Shown: positions 1 through 7,537 of the stretch, piece by piece
How the letters are laid out: every line of letters starts with the position of its first letter
Position numbering within the stretch: position 1 is the stretch's first letter
Source of the DNA: Dongiaceae bacterium
GTDB taxonomy: Bacteria > Pseudomonadota > Alphaproteobacteria > Dongiales > Dongiaceae
Length of the DNA: 39,699 nucleotides
Direction of reading: 5' to 3'
Assembly (NCBI GenBank): GCA_041482855.1
Contig: JBGPEQ010000001.1
Location: 1 to 39,699 of the forward strand
Program-made: the position numbers and the translations under genes
The notes under the pieces: generated by a model
Seen by the model: the letters and a program-made list of their open reading frames with translations, nothing else
The model's database searches: none
What the model was told of the DNA's origin: nothing

Positions 1-143
1 ACGCCGAGGCTGCGGTCGCTCTTGGGCCTCGCACCGAACCACATCGCCGGGCCGAAGCGCCGCGCGGCCCAGGTGGCGCCGCCGATCAGGCCGAGCACGA
101 GCACCAGGGCCAGCACGGCGCGAAAGAGTTCCATCGCTTCCAT
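1..143 (-). CDS. Partial small single-pass membrane protein, FliO-like (first 47 codons; continues past window start)
   Basis: ATG at 143-141 has GAGGG about 8 nt upstream and lies 10 nt after the fliP stop. It translates MEAMELFRAVLALVLVLGLIGGATWAARRFGPAMWFGARPKSDRSLG: one hydrophobic helix followed by a basic WAARRFG patch, the FliO layout. It is truncated, so it is absent from the ORF track. The family call rests on resemblance only. Confidence 0.4.
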   Translation of the reverse strand, partial: MEAMELFRAVLALVLVLGLIGGATWAARRFGPAMWFGARPKSDRSLG

Positions 144-153
144 GGCTCAACCC

Positions 154-936
154 TCAACCGCCATAGCTGCGCACGAGGCTGCCGCACACCAGCCACCAGC
201 CGTCGACCAGCACGAAGAAGATCAGCTTGAACGGCAGGGATACCACCAGCGGCGGCAGCATCATCATGCCCATGGAGGTCAGGATCGCCGCGATCACCAT
301 GTCGATGATGAGGAACGGCAGGAACAGCAGGAATCCGATCTCGAAGGCGCGCCGCAGCTCCGACAGCATGAAGGCAGGGACGAGGGCGCGCAGCGGCGCC
401 GCTTCGGGCTTCGCGTCGGCGCCGGCCTCGGGGGCGGCGATGGCGGCACCGCTCTGCGCGCTGTCGGCCGGCTTGCTGCCGAGATCGATGAAGAGCTGCA
501 GGTCCTTTTCGCGCACATGGCTTTCCATGAAGGCGCGGATCGGCTCGCTGGCGCGCTCGAAGCCCTGCTCCTCGGTGATCTGGTTGTTCATGAGGGGCTG
601 GACGCCGTCGCGCCAGCTGGCTTCCAGGGTCGGTCCCATGATGTAGGCGGTGAGGAACAGCGAGAGGCCGATCAGCACGGCGTTGGGCGGCGACTGCTGC
701 AGGCCGAGGGCCGAGCGCAGCAGCGACAGCACCACGACGATGCGGGTGAACGACGTCACCATCATCAGGATCGACGGCGCCACGCTCAGCACGGTCAGCA
801 GCAGCACGATCTGGACGATCCGTCCGGTCACGGAGGGATCGCCGACATCGAGGTTGATGCTCTCGGCCCACGCGCTGGCGGGCAGGAGGAGCACCCCAAC
901 CGCCAGCGCTAAGGCCCAAAAGACACCGCGCCTCAT
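154..936 (-). CDS. fliP: Flagellar type III export gate protein FliP
   Basis: Track ORF 154..1017 trimmed to ATG 936-934 (MRRGVFWALALAVGVLLL, signal-like). The 27 upstream codons read through the palindromic repeat at 966-1056. Hallmark FliP blocks: IVQIVLLLTVLSVAPSILMMVTSFTRIVVVLSLLRSALG and AFMLSELRRAFEIGFLLFLPFLIIDMVIAAILTSMGMMMLPP. Confidence 0.93.
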   Translation of the reverse strand: MRRGVFWALALAVGVLLLPASAWAESINLDVGDPSVTGRIVQIVLLLTVLSVAPSILMMVTSFTRIVVVLSLLRSALGLQQSPPNAVLIGLSLFLTAYIMGPTLEASWRDGVQPLMNNQITEEQGFERASEPIRAFMESHVREKDLQLFIDLGSKPADSAQSGAAIAAPEAGADAKPEAAPLRALVPAFMLSELRRAFEIGFLLFLPFLIIDMVIAAILTSMGMMMLPPLVVSLPFKLIFFVLVDGWWLVCGSLVRSYGG

Positions 937-965
937 CGACCGAGTACCTTCGGCATGGGACCGAC

Positions 966-1056
966 ATCCTGCGTCCTTCGACAAGCTCAGGATGAGGTTC
1001 TTTCTTAGTGCCATCAAAAATCTACCTCATCCTGAGCTTGTCGAAGGACGCAGGAT
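966..1056. repeat. REP-like palindromic element: perfect 32-bp inverted repeat with 27-nt AT-rich loop
   Basis: Left arm 966-997 is ATCCTGCGTCCTTCGACAAGCTCAGGATGAGG. Right arm 1025-1056 is CCTCATCCTGAGCTTGTCGAAGGACGCAGGAT, its exact reverse complement. The loop is TTCTTTCTTAGTGCCATCAAAAATCTA. It lies in the fliN-fliP intergenic gap. A related copy at 15528-15658 shares the CTCAGGATGAGG/CCTCATCCTGAG core and the TGCG(T/C)CCTTCG outer arm. Confidence 0.85.
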
Positions 1057-1074
1057 CGCCATGCCATCGCGCCG

Positions 1075-1449
1075 CTAGGACGCGAATTCCGACTTGCAGA
1101 TCTCGGTCATGGTGACACCGAGCTTGTCGCCGAGGCTGACGATCTCGCCGCGGGCGACCAGGCGGTCGTTGACGTAGATGTCGACGTCCTCGCCGACCTT
1201 GCGGTTAAGTTCGAGCACGGCGCCGCGGCCGAGCCGCAGCAGCTGGCGCACGGGCATGTCGGTGGTGCCCAGCACGACCGAGACCTTCACGGCGATGTCG
1301 TGCACGGCCGAGAGGTCGGTGCCGCCGGCCTCGCCGCCGAGCGTCGTCGGCAGATTGCTGCCGCGCATCGCGCGGTCGTCCAGCTTCGGCAGGTCGACGC
1401 GCGCCGCGCGCTCCGCCGTCATCGTCTCCGTCTGCGTCATGTCTTTCAC
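1075..1449 (-). CDS. fliN: Flagellar motor switch protein FliN
   Basis: 124 aa. C-terminal SpoA/FliN block LLRLGRGAVLELNRKVGEDVDIYVNDRLVARGEIVSLGDKLGVTMTEI. 4-nt start/stop overlap with the upstream gene at 1446-1449. Confidence 0.9.
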   Translation of the reverse strand: MKDMTQTETMTAERAARVDLPKLDDRAMRGSNLPTTLGGEAGGTDLSAVHDIAVKVSVVLGTTDMPVRQLLRLGRGAVLELNRKVGEDVDIYVNDRLVARGEIVSLGDKLGVTMTEICKSEFAS

Positions 1450-2201
1450 TTCTCCGTCCGTTCGTTCTCAGCCGTCGCCGCAGTCTCTGCCGCCGGCGCA
1501 TCGTTGCTCGACCCATCGCGCTCGAGGACGCGCGCGACGATGGCGGTGACTTCCGTCAGCATCTGGTCGGGGTCGCGTTGCGCGCCGCCATGAAGCCAGC
1601 GCACGCGCACCATGCCGTCGGTCAAAAAGCTGTCACCATGCAGATCGACGCGGCCGCGGAAGGCGAGGTCGCGGGTCAGCCGCGCGATGCGCGGACGGAT
1701 GCCTTCGACGACGTCGTGCGGCACCCGTACTTCCACCACCGGATCGTTGCAGGCGATCGTCAGCGCGGTACGGACCACGCCCAGAATCTCTTCGCCGCCG
1801 CCGCGGCGCACCAGTTCCGGCAGCAGGCGGTCGAGGATGACATGGACCAGCCGCTCGCAGTCCTGGGCGAGGGCGGTGAACATTTCGTCGTGCCGCTGTG
1901 CCACGGCCGTGAATTGCTCGGCGAGGGCGCTGAAGGCCGCGTTGGTCCTCGCTTCGGCCCCGGTCAGCGCATCCTGCGCGCCCTCGACGCGGCCGTTCTC
2001 GCGGCCCTGGCGGAGGCCGTCTTCGTAGCCGAGCTGGCGCACCGCTTCGATGTCGGCGGCGGTGAACTTGGGCGTGTTGTCTTCCGGCGCCGCCGGCGCG
2101 TTCCCATTCGCCAGCATCATGTCGGCGTTGAACGGCTTTTCGGTGAAGACGCGGTCGAAGACGAAGCGGCTCGTGCGTGAAGAGTGCCCGACGTCGCTCA
2201 T
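1446..2201 (-). CDS. fliH: FliH/FlbE-like flagellar assembly protein
   Basis: 251 aa, wedged between fliF and fliN with 4-nt overlaps at both junctions. It has a charged Ala/Glu/Arg-rich central segment (AADIEAVRQLGYEDGLRQGRENGRVEGAQDAL) followed by a globular C-terminal part, as in FliH. The assignment rests on context plus loose resemblance. Confidence 0.6.
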   Translation of the reverse strand: MSDVGHSSRTSRFVFDRVFTEKPFNADMMLANGNAPAAPEDNTPKFTAADIEAVRQLGYEDGLRQGRENGRVEGAQDALTGAEARTNAAFSALAEQFTAVAQRHDEMFTALAQDCERLVHVILDRLLPELVRRGGGEEILGVVRTALTIACNDPVVEVRVPHDVVEGIRPRIARLTRDLAFRGRVDLHGDSFLTDGMVRVRWLHGGAQRDPDQMLTEVTAIVARVLERDGSSNDAPAAETAATAENERTEK

Positions 2202-3817
2202 GCGGCGCCCTCAGTCATCCAGTTCCGGATGATGCCGGCGGCTTCCTCGGGGTTCGAATCGACGATCTCGCCGATCCGCTGGCCTGGCCCCGTGATCGAC
2301 AATCCCGGTCCCTGGCGCGCGGCGACCATCTCGGCCGTCGAGGCGCGCGAAAGTTGTCCCGCGCCTGACGGGCCGCCCAGAGCGGTGCCCGCCATGGCGG
2401 CGGCGGCGCCCTCGGCCACGGGCATCGGCTTGAACAGATTGGCGATCAGCGGCCGCAGCACGAACAGCGCCAGCACGATGCCGACGATGCCGAGCGAGAA
2501 CCACTGCACCAGCGTCATGGCGTTGCGGGCGAGGAAATCCATGATGCCCGGATCGGGCAGCGTGGCGTCGGCGACGGCGGCGGCGGCAAACGGCAGGTTG
2601 ATGACCTCGACCTTGTCGCCGCGCTTCTCGTCGAAGCCGATGGCGGCCTTCACGGCGCGGTCGATCTCGGCCAGCTCTTCCGGCTTGCGCGCCTCGTAGA
2701 CGGACTGCCCGTTGGCATCGGTCTTGGTCGTGCCGTCGACGACGACGGCGACAGACAGCTTCTTGACGGCCCCGCTCTCGCGCACGGTCTCCAGGGTCTT
2801 CGAGGAGATCTCGTAGTTGACGGTCTCGTCCTTGTGGGAGGAGTTGTCGCTCGAGCCGCCGCCGGCGCTGCTGCTCGGCGTGGACTGCTGCGGCAGGTTC
2901 TGGGCGACGCCGACCGTGTTGGCGCCGTCCTTGTTGGAGGAGCTGTCGGTCTGCGAACTGTTCTGGGTAGAACGCACGACCTGGCCGTTGGGATCGAAGA
3001 TCTGCTGTTTCTCGACCACGCGGTCGTAGTCGACGTCGGCGCTGACGGTGACGCGCACCTTGTCGGGCCCGAGATGCGGTATGAGCATCTCCTCGATCGA
3101 ATGGGACAGCCGGCTTTCGAGCGCGGCGCGGGCATCGGCGGCTTGGGCGGCCGATTGACCCTGGCCGTCATCCGTGCCGCCGGCCAGGAGCGTGCCCTGC
3201 TGATCGATGATGGAGACGGACTGCGGCTTCAGGCTCGGCACCGCCTGAGCGACCAGGTACTGGATCGCCATCACCTGCTCGCGGCCGAGAGTGGCGGCGC
3301 CGCGCATGACGACGAGGACAGAGGCGGTCGCCTGCGGGGCCTGGCGCTGGAACGGCTCGCGCTTGGGCAGCACCAGGTGGACACGGGCGTTGGCGATGCT
3401 GTTGAGGGTGCGGATCGAACGCGCCAGCTCGCCCTCGAGGGCGCGCAGATAGCGAATGTCTTCCTGGAAGCGGGTGACGCCGAGGCCCTGGTCGCTGTCG
3501 AGCAGCTCATAGCCGACCGGCCCGCCGCTCGGCAGGCCGTCGGCGGCCAGGGTCATGCGCAGCCGCGCCGCCTGGTCGGCCGGCACCAGAATGGTCGATT
3601 CGCCCTGCACCTGGTAGGCGACGCCCATCTGGTCGAGGCGCTGCAGCACCGTGCCGGCGGCCTCGGACTCGATGCCCGTATAGAGCGGCACCAGCGGCGG
3701 CGCCGCCATCTTCATGGTGAGATAAACGAGCGCAAGCAGGATTGCCGCCCCGGCGCCCATCAGCGTGATCAGGCGGCCGTTCGACAGCGTCCGCAGATTA
3801 GCGACTAAATTGCCCAC
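2198..3817 (-). CDS. fliF: Flagellar MS-ring protein FliF
   Basis: 539 aa with a GTG start. N-terminal TM (LITLMGAGAAILLALVYL). Ring-building blocks GVAYQVQGESTILVPADQAARLRMTLAADGLP and RFQEDIRYLRALEGELARSIRTLNSIANARVHLVLP. A second TM (LVQWFSLGIVGIVLALFVL) precedes a cytoplasmic tail. Confidence 0.95.
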   Translation of the reverse strand: MGNLVANLRTLSNGRLITLMGAGAAILLALVYLTMKMAAPPLVPLYTGIESEAAGTVLQRLDQMGVAYQVQGESTILVPADQAARLRMTLAADGLPSGGPVGYELLDSDQGLGVTRFQEDIRYLRALEGELARSIRTLNSIANARVHLVLPKREPFQRQAPQATASVLVVMRGAATLGREQVMAIQYLVAQAVPSLKPQSVSIIDQQGTLLAGGTDDGQGQSAAQAADARAALESRLSHSIEEMLIPHLGPDKVRVTVSADVDYDRVVEKQQIFDPNGQVVRSTQNSSQTDSSSNKDGANTVGVAQNLPQQSTPSSSAGGGSSDNSSHKDETVNYEISSKTLETVRESGAVKKLSVAVVVDGTTKTDANGQSVYEARKPEELAEIDRAVKAAIGFDEKRGDKVEVINLPFAAAAVADATLPDPGIMDFLARNAMTLVQWFSLGIVGIVLALFVLRPLIANLFKPMPVAEGAAAAMAGTALGGPSGAGQLSRASTAEMVAARQGPGLSITGPGQRIGEIVDSNPEEAAGIIRNWMTEGAA

Positions 3818-3974
3818 ACCGGAGCCCGTCTTTGCCAGTTGAAACCCGCAAGTAAGGTCGCCCGTGTATCCGTGTCCGGGACAACAGATGGCACTCTAGG
3901 TTTCGCTGGTAACGCTGTGGTTACGAAATGCGAAGGCGCCAGTAGGGGGCGCGGGTGCGCGGGGAGAGTACGGA

Positions 3975-4472
3975 ATGAGTGCAGTTGACGACGCCGCTGT
4001 GGCCGGCCTGGACGGCGATGCGAGCGTCCCGCCCAAGCGCAGCAAGAAGAAACTCTTAATCATCGTTGCCGCCGCGTTACTGGTGCTGGGCGCTGGCGGC
4101 GGCTTTGGAGCCTATATGTTCCTGGGCGGCGCGGCGCCCGCCGACGGCGAGACGGCCGCGGTCGTCGATACTACGCCGCCGGTGTTCTACAACATGCCGG
4201 AAATCGTCATCCGATTGGATGGCGGCCAGGGCCCCTACCTGAAGCTGGCCACGGTGCTCGACCTCGCGCCCGAGCACACGCCCGACCAGATGAAGGCCAT
4301 CGAGCCGCGCCTGCTCGACATGATGCAGACCTATCTGATCGAGCTGAAACCCGACGACATCAAGGGCACCGCCGGCATGTACCGGGTGCGCCAGGAGCTG
4401 CTGCGCCGCGTCAACGACGTCGTGCCCGGCAGCACGAAAGACATCCTGTTCAAGACCATCATCCTGCAATGA
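3975..4472 (+). CDS. fliL: Flagellar basal-body-associated protein FliL
   Basis: 165 aa. GGGGAGAG Shine-Dalgarno before the ATG. Single TM (LLIIVAAALLVLGAGGGFGAYMF). FliL C-terminal block YLKLATVLDL..LLDMMQTYLIELKPDDIKG..MYRVRQELLRRVN. Confidence 0.9.
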   Translation: MSAVDDAAVAGLDGDASVPPKRSKKKLLIIVAAALLVLGAGGGFGAYMFLGGAAPADGETAAVVDTTPPVFYNMPEIVIRLDGGQGPYLKLATVLDLAPEHTPDQMKAIEPRLLDMMQTYLIELKPDDIKGTAGMYRVRQELLRRVNDVVPGSTKDILFKTIILQ

Positions 4473-5425
4473 CCGACAGTCAGGCCGACACGCCACAGTC
4501 CGGCGATCCCGCCACTACGGAAGCGGTTGCGAGCCGGGCGCCGGTGCGCCTGCCGCCGCCGCCGCCGGCCGGGCGCAGTTCGCGCGCCGGCGGCGAACGG
4601 CTGCCGATGCTCGACGTCGTGCTCGAGCGGCTCGGCAAGACCCTGCAGGCCAGCCTGCGCCGGCTCGCCGGCGACGGCATCTCCGTCATCGTCGATCCGC
4701 CCGCCAGCCTGCGCATGGGTGAATATTTGCTGCAATTGCCGTCGCCGGCGCTGCTGTGCATCGCGCGGTTCGAAGGAACCAACGCGCCGGGACTGGTGGT
4801 CGCCGGCGCCGACCTCGTATTTTCGGCTGTCGAGTTGTTCCTCGGCGGCCGGCCGCTGCCCCCGGAATCACGCCCCGATCGTCCGTTCTCGGCCGTCGAG
4901 CGCACGCTTGCGGAGCGCATGGTGAAGGTCGTCCTCAACGATCTGACGGTCGCCTTCCAGCCGATCGCCGAGGTCAAGCTGCGACTCGATCGCGTGGAGA
5001 CCTCGCCGAAGTTCGCAGCCGTAGTGCGCGAATCCAGCGGCATCGTCGTGATTTCCGTGCGGCTGCAGATGGACGGCCGTGGCGGCAATCTGTCCCTGGT
5101 GCTGCCGCATGTCTCGCTCGAGCCGCTACGCGACGCGCTGCGCCAATCCTATCCGGGCGAGAAGCTCGGCCGCGACCTGCTGTGGGAGCAGCATCTCACC
5201 CATGAGCTGCTGACGTCCAGCCTGCGCCTGTCGGCGATCCTCGACGAACCCGCGATCGGCCTAGGCCAGCTCATGGGTTTGAAGGTCGGTTCGACCCTGC
5301 CGCTCGACGCGACGCCCAGCTCGCCGGTCAAGATCTATTGCGGCAAGTCGCCCGTGTTCATGGGCAGCATGGGGCGTCACGACGATCGCGTGGTCGTGCG
5401 TATCGATGGCCGCGTGGACGGATAA
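4469..5425 (+). CDS. fliM: Flagellar motor switch protein FliM
   Basis: 318 aa with an ATGA overlap with fliL. Middle domain (LERLGKTLQASLRRL, GLVVAGADLVFSAVELFLGG) and C-terminal SpoA-like block LKVGSTLPLD..VKIYCGKSPVFMGSMGRHDDRVVVRI. The N-terminal 45 residues are Pro/Arg/Ala-rich and lack an obvious EIDAL-type motif. Confidence 0.88.
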   Translation: MTDSQADTPQSGDPATTEAVASRAPVRLPPPPPAGRSSRAGGERLPMLDVVLERLGKTLQASLRRLAGDGISVIVDPPASLRMGEYLLQLPSPALLCIARFEGTNAPGLVVAGADLVFSAVELFLGGRPLPPESRPDRPFSAVERTLAERMVKVVLNDLTVAFQPIAEVKLRLDRVETSPKFAAVVRESSGIVVISVRLQMDGRGGNLSLVLPHVSLEPLRDALRQSYPGEKLGRDLLWEQHLTHELLTSSLRLSAILDEPAIGLGQLMGLKVGSTLPLDATPSSPVKIYCGKSPVFMGSMGRHDDRVVVRIDGRVDG

Positions 5426-5440
5426 AAAAGGAGAACGATC

Positions 5441-5911
5441 ATGGTTAGCCTCGTGTCCGTGATTCTCAATGGCGTGGTCATCGTGCTGCTGTGCGCGGCC
5501 ATCGTCTTCGGCATCCGGCTGCATCGGCGCCTGGTGGCGCTGCAATCGGCGCAGTCGGAGTTCGCCGCCCTGCTGGGCCGCCTCGACGGCGCCCTCGTGC
5601 AGGCCAGCTCGACCGTGAGCGCCCTCAAATATAATGCCGCCCGCCAGATCGAGACTTCGCTGCCCCGTCCGACTGCCGCGTCGACGCCGACGTCGCGCCC
5701 AGCCGCCGCGCCGACGCCCCAGCCGATCGCGCCGGAGGCGCGTCACCCGGCTGCCGTCGAGATGATCAAGACCGCCCCGAACAAGGTCGAGGTGGCGAAG
5801 CCGGCGCCCGCCCGCCGCCGCCGCTCGCCTGCCAGCCTGATCGCCGGCGAACGGGATACCGCCGCCGATGAACTGATGGCGCTGATGAAGAAGATGCGGA
5901 GCGCCGGTTGA
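5441..5911 (+). CDS. Single-pass membrane protein of unknown function, flagellar-locus associated (DUF6468-like by memory)
   Basis: 156 aa with AGGAGA 7 nt before the ATG. N-terminal TM (VILNGVVIVLLCAAIVFGI) followed by RLHRRLVALQSAQSEFAALL, then a Pro/Ala-rich linker and a basic tail. It sits between fliM and the motE-like gene. Confidence 0.55.
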   Translation: MVSLVSVILNGVVIVLLCAAIVFGIRLHRRLVALQSAQSEFAALLGRLDGALVQASSTVSALKYNAARQIETSLPRPTAASTPTSRPAAAPTPQPIAPEARHPAAVEMIKTAPNKVEVAKPAPARRRRSPASLIAGERDTAADELMALMKKMRSAG

Positions 5912-5913
5912 TC

Positions 5914-6681
5914 ATGCGCGGCTCGAAGGTCACCATGCGGTTTCTGCCGGCTCTCTTGCTGGTGCTGCTTGCCGTCCTCCCGGCCTATGTCGGCTCGCTC
6001 TGGACGGGCGTCGCGAGTCTGGCGCTGGCCTCGGATGCACCGGCTGTCAAGCCCGACAGCACTGCTGCGGCGCCGGCGAGCGGTCAGAACACGGCCGCCG
6101 GGACGACGACCTCCACACCTGCCGCACAGGCGCCGGCGGCGCCCGCTGCACCGGCCGCGGCTGCACTGCCTGTTCAAACGACCGCCGATGGAACCACCGC
6201 GAAGAAAGCCTCAACCGGCAATGCACCTGCCGATTCGACGTTCGATCCGCTGACCCTGACCAAGGCGGAGATCGACGTGCTGCGCCAGCTCGCCAAGCGC
6301 CGCGATGAACTGGATGCGCGCGCCAAAGCGCTCGACGATCGCGAGGTGCTGCTGAAGGCGACCGAGCAGAGGATTGCCGAAGAGGCAAAGCAGATGCAGC
6401 AGATGAAGGCCGGATACGAGCAGGCGAAGACCGCCCGCGACGATGCGGCCGAGGGCAATCTGCGCCGCCTGGTCACCGTCTACGAATCGATGAAGCCGGA
6501 AGAGGCCGCGCGCATCTTCGAGACCATGGAAGGCGCGGTGCTTCTCGACGTTGTCACCCGCATGGGCGAGCGCCGCCTGGCGCCGGTCCTGGCCCAGATG
6601 TCGCCGGCCAAGGCCCAGGCCCTCACCATCGCGATGGCCAATCGCCACACGCTGATTCCTCCGCCGCCGCCGCAAGGTTAG
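5914..6681 (+). CDS. motE: MotE-family / MgtE_N(FlbB)-like periplasmic flagellar protein
   Basis: I prefer ATG 5914; the track starts at TTG 5908, and the previous stop is at 5909-5911. Signal peptide (MRFLPALLLVLLAVLPAYVG), Ala/Pro-rich spacer and a coiled coil. C-terminal block LVTVYESMKPEEAARIFETMEGAVLLDVVTRMGERRLAPVLAQMSPAKAQALT is typical of MotE/FlbB. Confidence 0.7.
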   Translation: MRGSKVTMRFLPALLLVLLAVLPAYVGSLWTGVASLALASDAPAVKPDSTAAAPASGQNTAAGTTTSTPAAQAPAAPAAPAAAALPVQTTADGTTAKKASTGNAPADSTFDPLTLTKAEIDVLRQLAKRRDELDARAKALDDREVLLKATEQRIAEEAKQMQQMKAGYEQAKTARDDAAEGNLRRLVTVYESMKPEEAARIFETMEGAVLLDVVTRMGERRLAPVLAQMSPAKAQALTIAMANRHTLIPPPPPQG

Positions 6682-6712
6682 ACCGAGTCACAGGCCCTGT
6701 GCGTGGCTAGAT

Positions 6713-7537
6713 CTAGCGCCGCAGGGACGCCAATCCCAGGATCGTCGACGCATCCAGCGATATTCCGCTGCCAGCAGATGATGACAGGGGCTGGATCAGG
6801 CTCGCCACCGACAGCGTGGCCGGCGCATTCGTCTGGTCGTAGTTGGCGAGGAAGCGGCCGATGAAGTTTTCGAGGAACTTCGGGTCCTTCAGATTGGCGA
6901 GGCCGACGCGCTTTTCCAGCAGCTTGGCCTGGCTGTCGACGCCCGACTGCGTGCCGGCAGGCGGCAGCTGCAGCGCCGTCCGCACGACTTCGTAGAGCGG
7001 CTTGTCGCCCATGATCTGGAACCAACTCGTGGCGGTCGGCGCCGCCCGCTTGAAGTAGAGCGCCAGGCGGATGCCGGGGTTGGTCTGGTCCGTGGTCTTC
7101 TCGAACTCGGCGGTGACGTACTTGTCGACGATGCCGTCGATGAAACTGGATTTCTTCAGATTGGCGTTGCCGCCGGCGTAGAAGTTGAACGCCTTGGCGA
7201 TCTGGAGATAGCGCGGGTCCACGAGCTTGTTGGCGAGCGATTTGGAGTCGGTCGGGTCCTGCTCCAGCACCTTCCTCATGAACGCCTTCGCGTCGATCTG
7301 CGAATCGAGGCCATAGGCCGACAGCACGACGCGGAACAGGCGGTAGTTCTTCACCAGGTCGTCGGCGCTCGTGACCTTGGCGATGGCGGTCTTGAAATAG
7401 TCGATCTCGCGCTTGACGGGTCCGCTCTTGCGGGACGCCGCCGTCTGCTTGTCGATCGACGCCTCGACCATGCGATAGCCGAGCGTCGCCGCCATGCTCG
7501 GCTGGGCATCGCTGGAACCCGTCAGGGCGTCGATCAT
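6713..7537 (-). CDS. DUF1217 domain protein (flagellar-locus associated)
   Basis: 274 aa. Block IDYFKTAIAKVTSADDLVKNYRLFRVVLSAYGLDSQIDAKAFMRKVLEQDPTDSKSLANKL matches the DUF1217 pattern, and a second half-repeat is present (LYEVVRTALQLP..). The longer track ORF 6678..7589 is an Arg-rich alternate frame. Confidence 0.75.
   Translation of the reverse strand: MIDALTGSSDAQPSMAATLGYRMVEASIDKQTAASRKSGPVKREIDYFKTAIAKVTSADDLVKNYRLFRVVLSAYGLDSQIDAKAFMRKVLEQDPTDSKSLANKLVDPRYLQIAKAFNFYAGGNANLKKSSFIDGIVDKYVTAEFEKTTDQTNPGIRLALYFKRAAPTATSWFQIMGDKPLYEVVRTALQLPPAGTQSGVDSQAKLLEKRVGLANLKDPKFLENFIGRFLANYDQTNAPATLSVASLIQPLSSSAGSGISLDASTILGLASLRR

Noticed and set aside
22-967. 296-aa plus-strand and 293-aa minus-strand ORFs overlapping fliP
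   Set aside because: They are alternate or antisense frames of fliP, giving His/Arg/Gln/Asp-rich or Arg/Pro-rich junk. FliP motifs occur only in the 154..936 frame.
937-1017. 27-codon N-terminal extension of FliP (MMALRKNLILSLSKDAGCRSHAEGTRS)
   Set aside because: These codons are read straight through the right part of the loop and arm of the palindromic repeat at 966-1056. The Met at 936 starts a proper signal-like sequence.
2251-2260. GGTTCGAATC, a tRNA T-loop-like string
   Set aside because: It lies inside the fliF coding sequence, and the flanking sequence cannot form acceptor or anticodon stems. Similar strings near 15275 and 15413 also lack a cloverleaf context.
3889-3906. Sigma54-like TGGCAC-N6-TTTCGC upstream of fliL
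   Set aside because: The spacing is off by one and the -12 element is TTTC rather than TTGC. No enhancer-binding protein gene (flbD or similar) is in the window. A GTAAC-N6-GTTAC inverted repeat at 3909-3924 is also present, but it is too short to interpret.
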